Shown: positions 1 to 9,858, numbered from the stretch's first letter. The stretch: DNA of 64,000 nt from an uncultured virus (IMG/VR IMGVR_UViG_3300003690_000005) (IMGVR_UViG_3300003690_000005); one strand, 5' to 3'. A program made the numbers and translations. The notes: a model not told the origin generated them from the sequence alone.

Positions 1-1
1 A

Positions 2-232
2 GTGAAACCAACAGATCGTGCTATTGGTTGCGATTTGTTTGAATATGCACGTCAGTATGAGGGATTCGGGTATAAAGATTTGTCTGAATCTTGTGGTCCG
101 AACGCCTGTTCTTGTCCGTTAGGTTATCTTGATATGGTGCCTGTCGTGAATCAAGAATGGCGTGATGATGTTCGAGAATATCATAGTAGAAAAGCAGAAA
201 AGCGAGCACGGAAGAAACTACAAGCTGTGTAA
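2..232 (+). CDS. Probably 5'-truncated phage protein, DUF6927-like
   Basis: GYKDLSESCGP..CP..YLD..WR motif; stop directly abuts the first promoter unit. Confidence 0.55.
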   Translation: MKPTDRAIGCDLFEYARQYEGFGYKDLSESCGPNACSCPLGYLDMVPVVNQEWRDDVREYHSRKAEKRARKKLQAV

Positions 233-279
233 TTCTCCAGACTTTTATTTTCGCAGAATAAAGTGAAAGGACAAACAAA

Positions 280-564
280 ATGGAATCAAAAATAACAATA
301 CACATGGTTTTAGATTATTATGATTATGGGACTGCTAGAATCTCACCAGTTGTGGAAGCTTTTACAAATGGTGACAAAGCGCTGGATCGAATTCTGTCGA
401 TTCAAGAGGCTGCCTCTGATTATACATGGGGACCACTGCAACCGCTAGAAGATGATCTGTTCCAAGTAAGAGGAACTAGAATTATTGATTGTAAGTTACG
501 ATCAGTAAGAATTATCGAACTCTGGAACCAAGAAATTACGATACCTATAGTAGATGACACTTGA
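280..564 (+). CDS. Hypothetical early protein
   Basis: ATG 45 nt after CTCCAG, with AAGGA SD. Confidence 0.75.
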   Translation: MESKITIHMVLDYYDYGTARISPVVEAFTNGDKALDRILSIQEAASDYTWGPLQPLEDDLFQVRGTRIIDCKLRSVRIIELWNQEITIPIVDDT

Positions 565-1435
565 TCCAGAAAGAACGCAGTTTGTAATCAACATTCCTGA
601 CAGCCTTCGTCGTGGGAATAGCTACCAGTATAATGTCTTTTTTGACACTAGAATGAAGAAAATTGCAGAGATGGGATATCATGCCCGTCTTTCCATACGT
701 TTCGTGCTTAGTGCACCATTTCTTTTCACCGATTTAGCACTAACAGAATATGAGCAATTCGCTGAACAACTTTTTAATTACAGAATAAATCATCCTGTTG
801 CAGACCTGTCAGTCTATTGTGGTCGTGTGGCAGACAGACTGAAAACTGATTATCTTGATGCTCTGTTGCCACAAGACTGGATCAATGAGGTTCATCCAAG
901 AATTACACATTTAGTCCGTGTGGCTGATAGTATTGAGTTAGACAGCTTTTATGGAGCAGTCGGTAATATGGCGAGTCAGAATGATGGTGATCCAGAGTTT
1001 CCACTGGATGGTCATCATTGGAATTATTTCCAGACGGCACAATCATTTGAGGCATATTATCGGTCTGAGCCACATATCTTGAGTCTTGGTCCGTCAATTC
1101 CTCCAGAGGGATCAAGTAAAGTTGTAGTAAAAGGAGAGGCAAGACATGCAGCAGAAGCTCCAGAAATTCAAAGGCAACAGCCTATTATAAGAACTGTTGA
1201 GAACTGGAATGTTACTGATCCTGATTTATTTGGACGCAATGTAGATGTCTATGCAACAAACGATGAGCATTTAGGAGAGATTTGTTTGAGGGTTCCGCGT
1301 GGCCCGGGTGAAACATTTAAGGGATTAAAAAGTCAGATGCAGGTTGTTCAGGACAAAGGACCACAATACACGTCAAGAGTCATTTTACAAGCAAGATGGT
1401 ACGAAAACAGAACAATGGATGATTGGTTTAGTTGA
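554..1435 (+). CDS. Hypothetical protein (293 aa)
   Basis: Long ORF overlapping the previous stop; ends just before the next promoter unit. Confidence 0.75.
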   Translation: MTLDPERTQFVINIPDSLRRGNSYQYNVFFDTRMKKIAEMGYHARLSIRFVLSAPFLFTDLALTEYEQFAEQLFNYRINHPVADLSVYCGRVADRLKTDYLDALLPQDWINEVHPRITHLVRVADSIELDSFYGAVGNMASQNDGDPEFPLDGHHWNYFQTAQSFEAYYRSEPHILSLGPSIPPEGSSKVVVKGEARHAAEAPEIQRQQPIIRTVENWNVTDPDLFGRNVDVYATNDEHLGEICLRVPRGPGETFKGLKSQMQVVQDKGPQYTSRVILQARWYENRTMDDWFS

Positions 1436-1481
1436 TTCTCCAGCATTTTATTTCTTCAAGATAAACTTTAAAGGAACAAAT

Positions 1482-1904
1482 ATGATTAATTCTCGTGAAA
1501 TCGCATTGGCTAGGCAAGGACATCGTGAAAAGGAACAAACACGAAAACAAGAACATGAACAGTGGGAACAGAAACATAAAGAACGTAAGGTGCAGCAAGA
1601 GAAGATGTTACAATCTTGTTGTCGTGCTACGACTAATGAATATACCCAATGGCTACATGCTTACCTGTCCAGTGGCGGTAAGATAACGCATGTTTATGAG
1701 TGCCCAATGAAAGATATGTATATTGTTAAGGGTAGTATTAAGCATTTGGACATAGTAAAACTCTGTGGTGCATTGGCAGTTTCACTTATTATTCCATCGG
1801 GAGTTTCTGTTAATTATGATAACATTGGCCATAATTGCATTTACCTGTGGGATGGGTTAAAAACGTTAGGTCATTCGGTTCCTTTGTTTAGTGATATCAA
1901 GTAA
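1482..1904 (+). CDS. Hypothetical early protein (start revised to MINSRE)
   Basis: ATG 44 nt after CTCCAG at 1438, with SD. Confidence 0.75.
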   Translation: MINSREIALARQGHREKEQTRKQEHEQWEQKHKERKVQQEKMLQSCCRATTNEYTQWLHAYLSSGGKITHVYECPMKDMYIVKGSIKHLDIVKLCGALAVSLIIPSGVSVNYDNIGHNCIYLWDGLKTLGHSVPLFSDIK

Positions 1905-1957
1905 CTCAGTTTTTCTCCAGTATTTGATTTCTTAAAGATAAACTTGAAAGGATTTAT

Positions 1958-2203
1958 TTGATGGAATTTGACTACACTGAACATGAAAAATCCTCAGCAT
2001 TGATTGTAGACCAATTATGCCCTGTTATTGCAGAGCATATTAGTTCGCATGTTAGTCCTGAATTGTTTAATGCATTAACGAAGCGCTTAGCAGAATTAAC
2101 GACAGAAGAAAAGAAACCTAAAGAGGCTCTTGGTGTTCCTTATAATCCTGACGATAATCCTGATGAAGATAGGTATGATAACCTGCCAATAGATAACAGA
2201 TAA
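1958..2203 (+). CDS. Hypothetical early protein
   Basis: Follows the unit at 1915. Confidence 0.7.
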   Translation: MMEFDYTEHEKSSALIVDQLCPVIAEHISSHVSPELFNALTKRLAELTTEEKKPKEALGVPYNPDDNPDEDRYDNLPIDNR

Positions 2204-2220
2204 ACTTGAAGGAACAAATA

Positions 2221-2580
2221 ATGCTTGACACCGAACACTTCACACTTTTGGCAGGTAGATCTCAAGGTTGGGATAAAGAAGTTGTCCGGAGAACACAGGC
2301 TGGTGAGTCTCTGATAGAAGTACAGAAATGGCAGTATGCACACGGTCGCTTGTCAATGCAGCTTGTTGAATGTGTGCATGGTTGGGGTGTGCGATCAGCA
2401 ACTTCTTTAATGTTGCCATATCAAACAGGTGATAATAATATAAGAATGTCACACCTGGAAGCCATAAAGCGTGGTATGGAATGGGCATATGAAGATGAGG
2501 TTAATCGGGAATTTTTCGCCAGAACAAGTGATTTGCAACCTGGATGGCAGGAATTTGTGAAATCTGTATCATTGGCATAA
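2221..2580 (+). CDS. Hypothetical protein
   Basis: GATAAACTTGAAGGAACAAATAATG partial leader upstream. Confidence 0.65.
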   Translation: MLDTEHFTLLAGRSQGWDKEVVRRTQAGESLIEVQKWQYAHGRLSMQLVECVHGWGVRSATSLMLPYQTGDNNIRMSHLEAIKRGMEWAYEDEVNREFFARTSDLQPGWQEFVKSVSLA

Positions 2581-2859
2581 CGTACATAGAAATGGATAAC
2601 AAATGTATATCTTCATAGGAATTGCGATTGCGATTGTTTTTCTGCTTTGTATCGTTGGAAACGGTCTAAAAGATTCTCCAGCATGTAAATATCGTGGGAA
2701 GCAATGATCCTGATGTGAATATTAGCAATGCTCGACGTATATGAGCAGGTGCAATAGCTTTTATTTCTAAAAAAGAGCGTTCCTAGCAGCTAATCATACT
2801 TTGTTGAGATTCCACGAAAGTTTTGATTCTCCAGTATTTTATTTCTTGAACAATCTAAT

Positions 2860-3006
2860 GGGGCTGGTTGATCCCTTAAGGGTCAAACGACGAGCTTCGC
2901 AATAGGCTGACGAGCCTAGTGTAAAACGGAGACTCCCAGGCGGGATTCAGGGTACGGCGGAATGGTCGTATCACGTGCCGGAATTAACCGGCAGCCCTAC
3001 TTTTTT
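2860..3006 (+). ncRNA. Putative structured non-coding RNA
   Basis: Follows the unit at 2829, which lacks SD/ATG; GGGCT..AGCCC closing stem, 4-5 internal hairpins, then T6. Confidence 0.5.
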
Positions 3007-3057
3007 AACTCCAGACTTTTATTTTCTGCGAATAAAAGCAGAAAGGAAATAATAATA

Positions 3058-3474
3058 ATGTTTGAAGCACAACCAACTGAATACCATGATGCATTTCATG
3101 CAGATAGCGGTACTTTTACATCATTTGATGATGATGCTGGTAATCATGTGTGTGGTCGCATTATAATTATAAGACCGCACACATGGGATCGAGGCTATGC
3201 TTTTGGTGTAGAGGTTCGAGAAAACTATCGACTAATATCGGTACTCGAATTGACAACACGCACGGTGTACGGTGAAAAGTGGTGTTATGACAGTAAGGTT
3301 GCTGATCCGAGCACTGCTTCTTTGGTGAAGGCTTTTGGGTCTGGCGACTTGAGGGGAAAAACAGCAGTAGATGCTGCTCATACACTATTCCGTTATTTCT
3401 ATGATAACGTAGAGAATGTATTTGAAAAGTTTTTCCCAGAGCAATATGCTTTTCGGCAAAATGCAGGCGTATAA
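3058..3474 (+). CDS. Hypothetical early protein (start MFEAQ)
   Basis: Unit at 3009 plus SD. Confidence 0.75.
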   Translation: MFEAQPTEYHDAFHADSGTFTSFDDDAGNHVCGRIIIIRPHTWDRGYAFGVEVRENYRLISVLELTTRTVYGEKWCYDSKVADPSTASLVKAFGSGDLRGKTAVDAAHTLFRYFYDNVENVFEKFFPEQYAFRQNAGV

Positions 3475-3521
3475 TTCTCCAGTATTTTATTTTCTGCGAA
3501 TACAATCAAAGGAGCACAACA

Positions 3522-3989
3522 ATGTCAGCATACGTCGTCGAAGACAAACACATTACCTACCTGCTCGAAGCAGCGGCTTCACCCAGTATTCTTGGTCACC
3601 AGTCAGATTTTAGTTACTGGTTCAATGATGCTCGACACTCTTTCACTGGTGTAGCCACCGAGAGGATCGCAAAAGGTCAGATGCTTTTAGATGCAAACGT
3701 GCGCAGCGTCAGTCATTGCTACGGAAAACATCGCTACGAAAAACATGATGAATACATCGCATACGAGCCAGGTTCGCACGTGTGGGATACTATTGATCCT
3801 GTTCATGTTCTTAAAGCGTGCCACTGTTTCGAGTATCAGTGCAGCGAAACGCCTGATTGGAAAGAATCAGAGGCATATGCTTTTATTCAAGACCTAAAAG
3901 CCCAGGCGGAAAGAATGGTGCCAGGTTACGAAGATGCGGAATGGGGATCGCCAGAGCCAACACCGAATAGAACGCCATCGCTTATATAA
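3522..3989 (+). CDS. Conserved phage hypothetical protein
   Basis: Unit at 3477; LKACHCFEYQCSE motif resembles other phage proteins. Confidence 0.75.
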   Translation: MSAYVVEDKHITYLLEAAASPSILGHQSDFSYWFNDARHSFTGVATERIAKGQMLLDANVRSVSHCYGKHRYEKHDEYIAYEPGSHVWDTIDPVHVLKACHCFEYQCSETPDWKESEAYAFIQDLKAQAERMVPGYEDAEWGSPEPTPNRTPSLI

Positions 3990-4034
3990 CTCCAGAGTTT
4001 TATTTTCTGTGAATAAAAGCAAAGGAGCCTAACA

Positions 4035-4289
4035 ATGCAAGTCGTTAAGATTCTTGTTCATTATACTGCTAATCCGTCACGATGGATTGCGTTTTACCTG
4101 CCTTTTGATAACGATGACGCCGATGAAAAAATGCTTGAAATCATTTGGGAGTTTATGAATCGCACTGATGATCCGCGTCCTCACCTTGATGAATGGGAGG
4201 CACGGTCAATGATGGTTGGAGATACTGTTCAATTTAACGATAAGACATATCGTTGTGAACCGGCAGGCTGGAAAAGGATAGAAAAATGA
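4035..4289 (+). CDS. YodL-like domain protein
   Basis: RSMMVGDTV resembles the YodL RS-h-S-V-x-D-V-V motif. Confidence 0.5.
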   Translation: MQVVKILVHYTANPSRWIAFYLPFDNDDADEKMLEIIWEFMNRTDDPRPHLDEWEARSMMVGDTVQFNDKTYRCEPAGWKRIEK

Positions 4290-4452
4290 GTGAATATCAC
4301 AATAAAGCTAGTGAGCCACTGATGGACTTAATTTTGATCCGTGTGATGAAGGACCACCAGTAGGCTTCTGCACTGCATGTGGTGAGCCTGTCTGGCGGCA
4401 GAATTGTCATGAAGAAGGTTGGTGTGAAGGGTGTCTTGATGAACATGAATGA
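4286..4452 (+). pseudogene. Internally deleted, frameshifted copy of 4737..4967
   Basis: Shares ATGAGTGAATATCACAA and GGACTTAATTTTGATCCGTGTGATGAAGGACC with 4737..4967; the middle is deleted. Confidence 0.75.
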
Positions 4453-4499
4453 TTCTCCAGAGTTTTATTTTCTGCTAATAAAGTCAAAGGAGCCTAACA

Positions 4500-4691
4500 A
4501 TGCGTATTATTAATGCCAGACAGACTTGTCGAGATGGGTCATCAAAGCCTGTCACTGAGTCACAGCAGCAAAGAGATATGATGTGTATCCGTAAGTCTCA
4601 TGCTAAGGCGATGAAAGAGGAGGTTTTCTGGGACATGTTCGGCGGCGTAATCCATGTTGGGAACCGACGCTATCAGGTTGTAGATAATTAA
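4500..4691 (+). CDS. Hypothetical early protein
   Basis: Unit at 4455. Confidence 0.7.
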   Translation: MRIINARQTCRDGSSKPVTESQQQRDMMCIRKSHAKAMKEEVFWDMFGGVIHVGNRRYQVVDN

Positions 4692-4736
4692 CTCCAGAGT
4701 TTTATTTTCTGCGAATAAAGTCAAAGGAGCCTAACA

Positions 4737-4967
4737 ATGAGTGAATATCACAACGAAGCTGGTGAACCTCTGATGACTAATGCACAGATGAGGCTTGAGC
4801 AAGAACTGGATGATATGACTGCTCAAGAAGATGCTGCTGGACTTAATTTTGATCCGTGTGATGAAGGACCGCCAGTTGCCTACTGCACTGAATGTGATGA
4901 ACCTGTCTGGCGACAGAATTGTCTTGATGAAAGAGGCTGGTGTGAAGTGTGTTGTGATGACGGGTAA
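4737..4967 (+). CDS. Small acidic Cys-rich (CxxC) protein
   Basis: Unit at 4692; CTEC and CEVC. Confidence 0.7.
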   Translation: MSEYHNEAGEPLMTNAQMRLEQELDDMTAQEDAAGLNFDPCDEGPPVAYCTECDEPVWRQNCLDERGWCEVCCDDG

Positions 4968-5014
4968 TTCTCCAGTATTTTATTTTCTGCGAATAAACAC
5001 GAAAGGAACAAACA

Positions 5015-5326
5015 ATGAACATTGATAACCTGAATGTCACTCAACTGCTGCAAGTTGTTAGAAAAGCATCACTAGAACTACCGATCTCTGAAGATCGGTC
5101 AGATGCCCTTGACTTATACTTGGTACTGATGGGATCAGCTAGTGTTTATGTGCCCGGTCAGCAGCAGTCAATTGTTATCCCCCGGATTATTATGGACGAA
5201 ATCAAAGGGTTGTGGGAGAAGGAGGAAAGGATTCAGCCTGTTAAATTGCTCTGTGAAACGACTGGGTTGGGTCTGAAGGATGCCAGAGAAGCAATTGAGT
5301 ATTACATGGAGAATGTTGCAGTGTAG
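5015..5326 (+). CDS. Ribosomal protein bL12 (L7/L12) C-terminal-like domain protein
   Basis: IQPVKLLCETTGLGLKDAREAIE resembles bL12 IxVIKxVRxxTGLGLKEAKxxVE. Confidence 0.6.
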   Translation: MNIDNLNVTQLLQVVRKASLELPISEDRSDALDLYLVLMGSASVYVPGQQQSIVIPRIIMDEIKGLWEKEERIQPVKLLCETTGLGLKDAREAIEYYMENVAV

Positions 5327-5374
5327 CTTCTCCAGATAATTATTTTCCTCAATAAGAATGACAGGAGCACAACA

Positions 5375-5812
5375 ATGCAACTTAAATGTCATTCAATTCT
5401 TATCGGCTATTCAGCAACAGGACACAAAAAAGCCAGACAATTTGTCACTGGCGGTCAGGCTCGTTTTTCTGTTCAAAATAACAAAAATACGAGATATGCT
5501 TATAGTATAATACATACAGTCAAGTATCATTGGTATGCTTCTGTCTATACTGGTGGTTATTGGAAATTCATTGGCAAGTTTGATCCTGCTACCGGAGATA
5601 TTGCTCTAAATGAACAAAGTCAATTCCCAGCAAAGGATAAACATGTGGCTGTATTACGATGGGCATTGACCTATATGTGGCAAGACTTTGAATTTCCTGA
5701 AGGGTATGGCGTGCAGCATGAGGGATTGTGCTGTAAGTGTGGTAAACCCCTTGTGTCACAAAGTGAGATTAAAAGAGGCATCGGTGATATATGCCTTCAT
5801 CTCTCCAGATAA
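5375..5812 (+). CDS. DUF6011-like zinc-binding protein
   Basis: CCKCGKPL...SEIKRGIGDIC. Confidence 0.6.
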   Translation: MQLKCHSILIGYSATGHKKARQFVTGGQARFSVQNNKNTRYAYSIIHTVKYHWYASVYTGGYWKFIGKFDPATGDIALNEQSQFPAKDKHVAVLRWALTYMWQDFEFPEGYGVQHEGLCCKCGKPLVSQSEIKRGIGDICLHLSR

Positions 5813-5847
5813 TTATTTCTTGTAGATAAGACCAAAGGAGCATAACA

Positions 5848-6117
5848 ATGGCACGATCTCTTACTAATGATTTTTACAACGCCCTGTTGTTAGACGAACC
5901 GCTGCGACCTGCGATGGTTGTTGATTTTGGGGTTGATACCCTTGATCATCACCGGGCATTGCAGTCAGCAGTTAAAACAGGCGAAGCACCTGTTAATGAA
6001 CTCGATGAGGCTTTGGGAAGTGGCGAGAAACTTAACGCTCTTATAAAGAAGTATGCTTCGCAATGGTCAGAGCATATTACGTTCAAAACTGACTATGATG
6101 GCTTTGAGGAAGAGTAG
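5848..6117 (+). CDS. Hypothetical early protein
   Basis: Unit at 5803. Confidence 0.7.
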   Translation: MARSLTNDFYNALLLDEPLRPAMVVDFGVDTLDHHRALQSAVKTGEAPVNELDEALGSGEKLNALIKKYASQWSEHITFKTDYDGFEEE

Positions 6118-6166
6118 TTTCTCCAGACTTTTATTTTTTGCAGATAAACTTGAAAGGACCACAACA

Positions 6167-6622
6167 ATGCAACTCATTGATGCAAAAAATATGGCTGCAA
6201 GACTGATGAATGAGCATGGATTGATCGCAGATGGCTGGTATTTCGAATGGTCACGCGGCAAAATGACGCTAGGCTCAGCATCAGCAAGTCGCAAAAGGAT
6301 TAAACTTTCTTATCATTATGCAACCTTGAACGATGCAGATGAGGTACGTGATACGATACTGCATGAAATTGCTCATGCTAAAGTCGGTCCCGGCAATGGG
6401 CATAATCATGTTTGGCGAGCAATGTGCATACAAATAGGGGCGAAGCCAACACGATGCAGCACAACTGCCACTTCCCCGCCACCGAATTACCTTGTTGTGT
6501 GTCCCGTGCACGGAACTATTGCTACACGTTATCGTCGCAGAGCAGCGCATAAAATGCTAGAATACTCTTGCAAACGTTGTGGTAAGTCGTCGTTAGGATT
6601 GTTGCAACAAGTCAGCGCTTAA
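6167..6622 (+). CDS. SprT-like zinc metalloprotease
   Basis: TILHEIAH, GHNHVW, C-terminal CxxH/CxxC; start revised to MQLIDAK. Confidence 0.8.
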   Translation: MQLIDAKNMAARLMNEHGLIADGWYFEWSRGKMTLGSASASRKRIKLSYHYATLNDADEVRDTILHEIAHAKVGPGNGHNHVWRAMCIQIGAKPTRCSTTATSPPPNYLVVCPVHGTIATRYRRRAAHKMLEYSCKRCGKSSLGLLQQVSA

Positions 6623-6675
6623 GTCTCCAGACTTTTATTTCTTGTAGATAAACTTAACAAAGAAAGGAACCTATT

Positions 6676-7203
6676 ATGGCAATCGGAACTATCAACAGAC
6701 GGAACAAGACAGTGCAGATCCAGGGTGGAAATGTAAAGATCGGCGAACAGGCTTTTTATCGAGACAGTCATCTAAGCTGGTCAGAGGATTGTAAAATCTT
6801 GAACATCGTGGAAACAAATCCAGTTGTTAAGGTAGGTTACGATCATGGGATCATTGTTATTATCCAGCAGGACGGTCTGGATTTTCCGTCAGAGGTTGAG
6901 CCTACTGATTTGTACACGCAAAAATCTTTGGCTAAGGCAGTAGAAATTGCCAACGGGAAGACTACCACAGTCGGAAGTAGTGTATTTGTGTGGCGCAAGT
7001 GCGGACCTTATTTTTCTCTTGTGAGTAAGAAGGTTGCAGAAACAAACCCAGCCCGAGGAACTCTCCGGTGTACTTATGCTGATAAGTATTGGCCAAGAAT
7101 TGAGTCGCCTACCAGGTGTTTTGCCACTGCTAAAGAGGCTGAAGAAGGTCGTCCGTCAAGAGGTACTGAAATTGGGCGAATGTGGGTGAAGCGTAAGAAG
7201 TAA
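6676..7203 (+). CDS. Hypothetical early protein
   Basis: Unit at 6625. Confidence 0.7.
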   Translation: MAIGTINRRNKTVQIQGGNVKIGEQAFYRDSHLSWSEDCKILNIVETNPVVKVGYDHGIIVIIQQDGLDFPSEVEPTDLYTQKSLAKAVEIANGKTTTVGSSVFVWRKCGPYFSLVSKKVAETNPARGTLRCTYADKYWPRIESPTRCFATAKEAEEGRPSRGTEIGRMWVKRKK

Positions 7204-7398
7204 GTCTCCAGACTTTTATTTCTTGTAGATAAACTTAACAATGAAAGGATGAACAAAGATGAATAACGAATGGTATGGTTATTGTCGGGCAGATTATGAA
7301 GACTGGGTTGCCTGTTGTCGAGAAGATGGTGACGAATTGATTGCTCATTACCCTGACGATTGATAGTGTGTGTGGTTCGGTGTTGTGGTTCGGTGCTC

Positions 7399-7435
7399 CG
7401 CTGCCGGTCCTGAAATATGGTCCGGCAGCGTTTTT
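7399..7435 (+). terminator. Rho-independent terminator
   Basis: CGCTGCCGG...CCGGCAGCG followed by TTTTT. Confidence 0.65.
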
Positions 7436-7485
7436 CATTCTCCAGACTTTTATTTTCTCAAGATAAGAGTGAAAGGACAAACAAA

Positions 7486-7686
7486 ATGAGTTATATCGTG
7501 GTTCTCAATGATGGTGATACATATACGTCTCTTAATGGATGTACTATCGTTGAGGTAGTCGGAGATGGTGAAGTTGATGAACATGAATTAAAAGATATTA
7601 CGGGGTCTACCGTTGGCACAGAAGTGACACAAGATGATGGAACTACTCTGCGGCTTGTTCAACATATCGAACAGCCTACCGAATAA
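7486..7686 (+). CDS. Hypothetical early protein (start MSYIVV)
   Basis: Unit at 7440. Confidence 0.7.
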   Translation: MSYIVVLNDGDTYTSLNGCTIVEVVGDGEVDEHELKDITGSTVGTEVTQDDGTTLRLVQHIEQPTE

Positions 7687-7734
7687 TTCTCCAGACTTTT
7701 ATTTTCTCAAGATAAAAGTGAAAGGATAAACAAA

Positions 7735-7935
7735 ATGACAACCGTTGAAGGAATGACGCTGATTGGACTAGAAGCTCGAATCACAATTAGTGAAATGACG
7801 TTTGATGTTAAGATCAAAAATACCAAACAAGCATGGGGGACTGACCAACTTTTGATTGAGCCTGTTACAGGTTCTGGTAGTACATGGGTTCTGTCTGATC
7901 GTGTTACTCTAAAGAAGGATAAGAAAGATGCCTGA
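7735..7935 (+). CDS. Small hypothetical protein, possibly SH3-like
   Basis: Unit at 7689. Confidence 0.7.
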   Translation: MTTVEGMTLIGLEARITISEMTFDVKIKNTKQAWGTDQLLIEPVTGSGSTWVLSDRVTLKKDKKDA

Positions 7936-8059
7936 TGGATTTGTGGATGAAAATTACTGGGAACTGCACGGGCGTACTGAAGACGACATAGTTGAACCGC
8001 CTGATGAAACTCCAGAAGAAGAATTGTTTGATGATTAAGTAACGAAAGGACACACAACA

Positions 8060-8242
8060 ATGATCAAAATCACAATTGCTACCGATAATGCAGCGTTTGC
8101 AGATAATCCTAATGAGATTGGTGATATACTGCGAAAGTTGGCTGCACAATTTGACAACTTTGACGACTTAACATTGCTTGCCCCCACAAAACTCCGCGAC
8201 TCTAACGGAAGTACAGTTGGGGCATGTAGCAATGTAAGTTGA
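8060..8242 (+). CDS. Conserved small phage protein
   Basis: DNAAF...LRDSNGSTVG motif; AAGGA SD. Confidence 0.7.
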   Translation: MIKITIATDNAAFADNPNEIGDILRKLAAQFDNFDDLTLLAPTKLRDSNGSTVGACSNVS

Positions 8243-8291
8243 TTCTCCAGACTTTTATTTATTCAAGATAAAAGCAGAAAGGAACACAAAA

Positions 8292-8486
8292 ATGATTATT
8301 CTCGACACACCAGAGCAAATCGCAAGAGCAAGGCTCCTCACGCTCAAGCAGGCATTGTGGCTTGAAACTAAGGGGCTGACACGACGTGGCAGAAGTGCAT
8401 ACGCGATTGTCAAAAGTGAGTTTGGTTTTCGTGGCGGCAAGCTAAAGGTATTCGAACAGCTTGAGGCGATGATCAACGAAAGTTGA
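8292..8486 (+). CDS. Hypothetical early protein
   Basis: Unit at 8245. Confidence 0.7.
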   Translation: MIILDTPEQIARARLLTLKQALWLETKGLTRRGRSAYAIVKSEFGFRGGKLKVFEQLEAMINES

Positions 8487-8535
8487 ATCTCCAGTGTTTA
8501 TTTTCCGGGGGAATAAAGCAGAAAGGACCACAACA

Positions 8536-8757
8536 ATGAAAGTCAGAGTGAACAGCACATACCGTTTTGATCCTGTCCCGTGGGATACTCTGGACCCGCC
8601 GCGCGGCGTACAACAGGGTTTCTTGAACAAAGGTGACATCGTTAAGGTCGTCAACCAGCACGGTTGCCCAAAGGCTAACCTGATGGGCCATTGCTTTATC
8701 GAAAAAGATGGAAAGTTTGCAGGACTGGTGCATACTAACAGTTTGCAAAGAAAATAA
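8536..8757 (+). CDS. Hypothetical early protein (start MKVRVN)
   Basis: Unit at 8489. Confidence 0.7.
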   Translation: MKVRVNSTYRFDPVPWDTLDPPRGVQQGFLNKGDIVKVVNQHGCPKANLMGHCFIEKDGKFAGLVHTNSLQRK

Positions 8758-8805
8758 TTCTCCAGCCTTTTATTTTCTCAAGATCAAAGCAGAAAGGGCA
8801 ATACT

Positions 8806-9108
8806 ATGTATAAAACAACGCTAACTACAACACTAGGACCAAAGTTTCAACTCGGTCAAATGGTCGCAACACCAGGTGCCCTTGAAGCACTCGCTAGGAA
8901 CGAACAATACGCTAAACCTTTTTTGTATCGTCATTCACAAGGTGACTGGGGAGATATTGACGACCATGACAAGACAGAAAACGACTGGTCACTAGAAAAT
9001 GATGCGCGTATTCTTTCAGCGTATCACCTGAAGGATAATACCAAGATCTGGATCATCAGCGAAAATGATCGCAGCGCTACGACGATACTATTGCCAAACG
9101 AGTATTAA
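8806..9108 (+). CDS. Conserved plasmid/phage hypothetical protein
   Basis: FQLGQMVATPGA..RH..GDWG..IWII.E.DRS.TTILLP.EY pattern. Confidence 0.75.
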   Translation: MYKTTLTTTLGPKFQLGQMVATPGALEALARNEQYAKPFLYRHSQGDWGDIDDHDKTENDWSLENDARILSAYHLKDNTKIWIISENDRSATTILLPNEY

Positions 9109-9110
9109 AC

Positions 9111-9167
9111 GAGCATTGTGTGGTTCGCACCGTCGCACCTTAACGGGTGCGACGGTGTTTTCTCCAG
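9111..9167 (+). terminator. Terminator hairpin fused to promoter, copy 1 of an identical 57-bp repeat
   Basis: CACCGTCGCACC-TTAACG-GGTGCGACGGTG-TTTT-CTCCAG; identical at 10157..10213. Confidence 0.8.
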
Positions 9168-9207
9168 TCTTTTATTTTCTCAAGATAAAAGTGAAAGGAC
9201 CACAAAA

Positions 9208-9450
9208 ATGACACGAGCCGAAATGACTGATGCGTTGAAGATTGCCAAGTCTGACCGAAGCCTGGCGAATGTTGATACGAGTATCATGTATGGGTATGGG
9301 TTGCCTGACTTTCAGCCAGCCCATGTCACCCTTGAACAAGTAGCCGCAAATATCCGTTGGCAAGCCGGTAGGTTAGACGGCACCTGGGACGTGCAAGAGA
9401 TTAACAATATCGCCAATCTTGGGCGCAAACGGTTCATGATTATCGGATGA
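9208..9450 (+). CDS. Hypothetical early protein (start MTRAEM)
   Basis: Unit at 9162. Confidence 0.7.
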   Translation: MTRAEMTDALKIAKSDRSLANVDTSIMYGYGLPDFQPAHVTLEQVAANIRWQAGRLDGTWDVQEINNIANLGRKRFMIIG

Positions 9451-9509
9451 TATGCATTGTTTCTCCAGCCTTTTATTATTCGCGGATAAAAGTGAAAGGA
9501 CCACAAAAA

Positions 9510-9791
9510 ATGCAAACACTATATCACGCAGGCCCAATCACGAAGGCGGAACTTGAACAAGAACAATTTTTGCAGGCTGAGGTTTACAAAAAGAAAACAC
9601 CAAACGGACCTATCTGGGGATTGTGGACTGATTTGCTTTTTGCAGATGTGCCGAGTGAAGGATTGACAATTACGTCCGTGGTGCAACGCACCCGTGATAA
9701 ACATGGATATATCAGAGTCAGGTGGGGCGAATTAGGTGAAGTGGGTTCTGGGTCTGCTGAGTTTGGCGAAGGTGGTGTAGAGACGATGTGA
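9510..9791 (+). CDS. Hypothetical early protein (start MQTLYH)
   Basis: Unit at 9463. Confidence 0.7.
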   Translation: MQTLYHAGPITKAELEQEQFLQAEVYKKKTPNGPIWGLWTDLLFADVPSEGLTITSVVQRTRDKHGYIRVRWGELGEVGSGSAEFGEGGVETM

Positions 9792-9858
9792 AGTCGATTC
9801 TCCAGCCTTTTATTATTCGCAGATAAAAGTGGCAATAACGCCACGAAGGACACACACA

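Noticed and set aside
2903..2940. Hammerhead ribozyme core (CTGACGAG)
   Set aside because: There is no downstream stem II-GAAA arrangement, and CTGACGAG sits within a simple hairpin.
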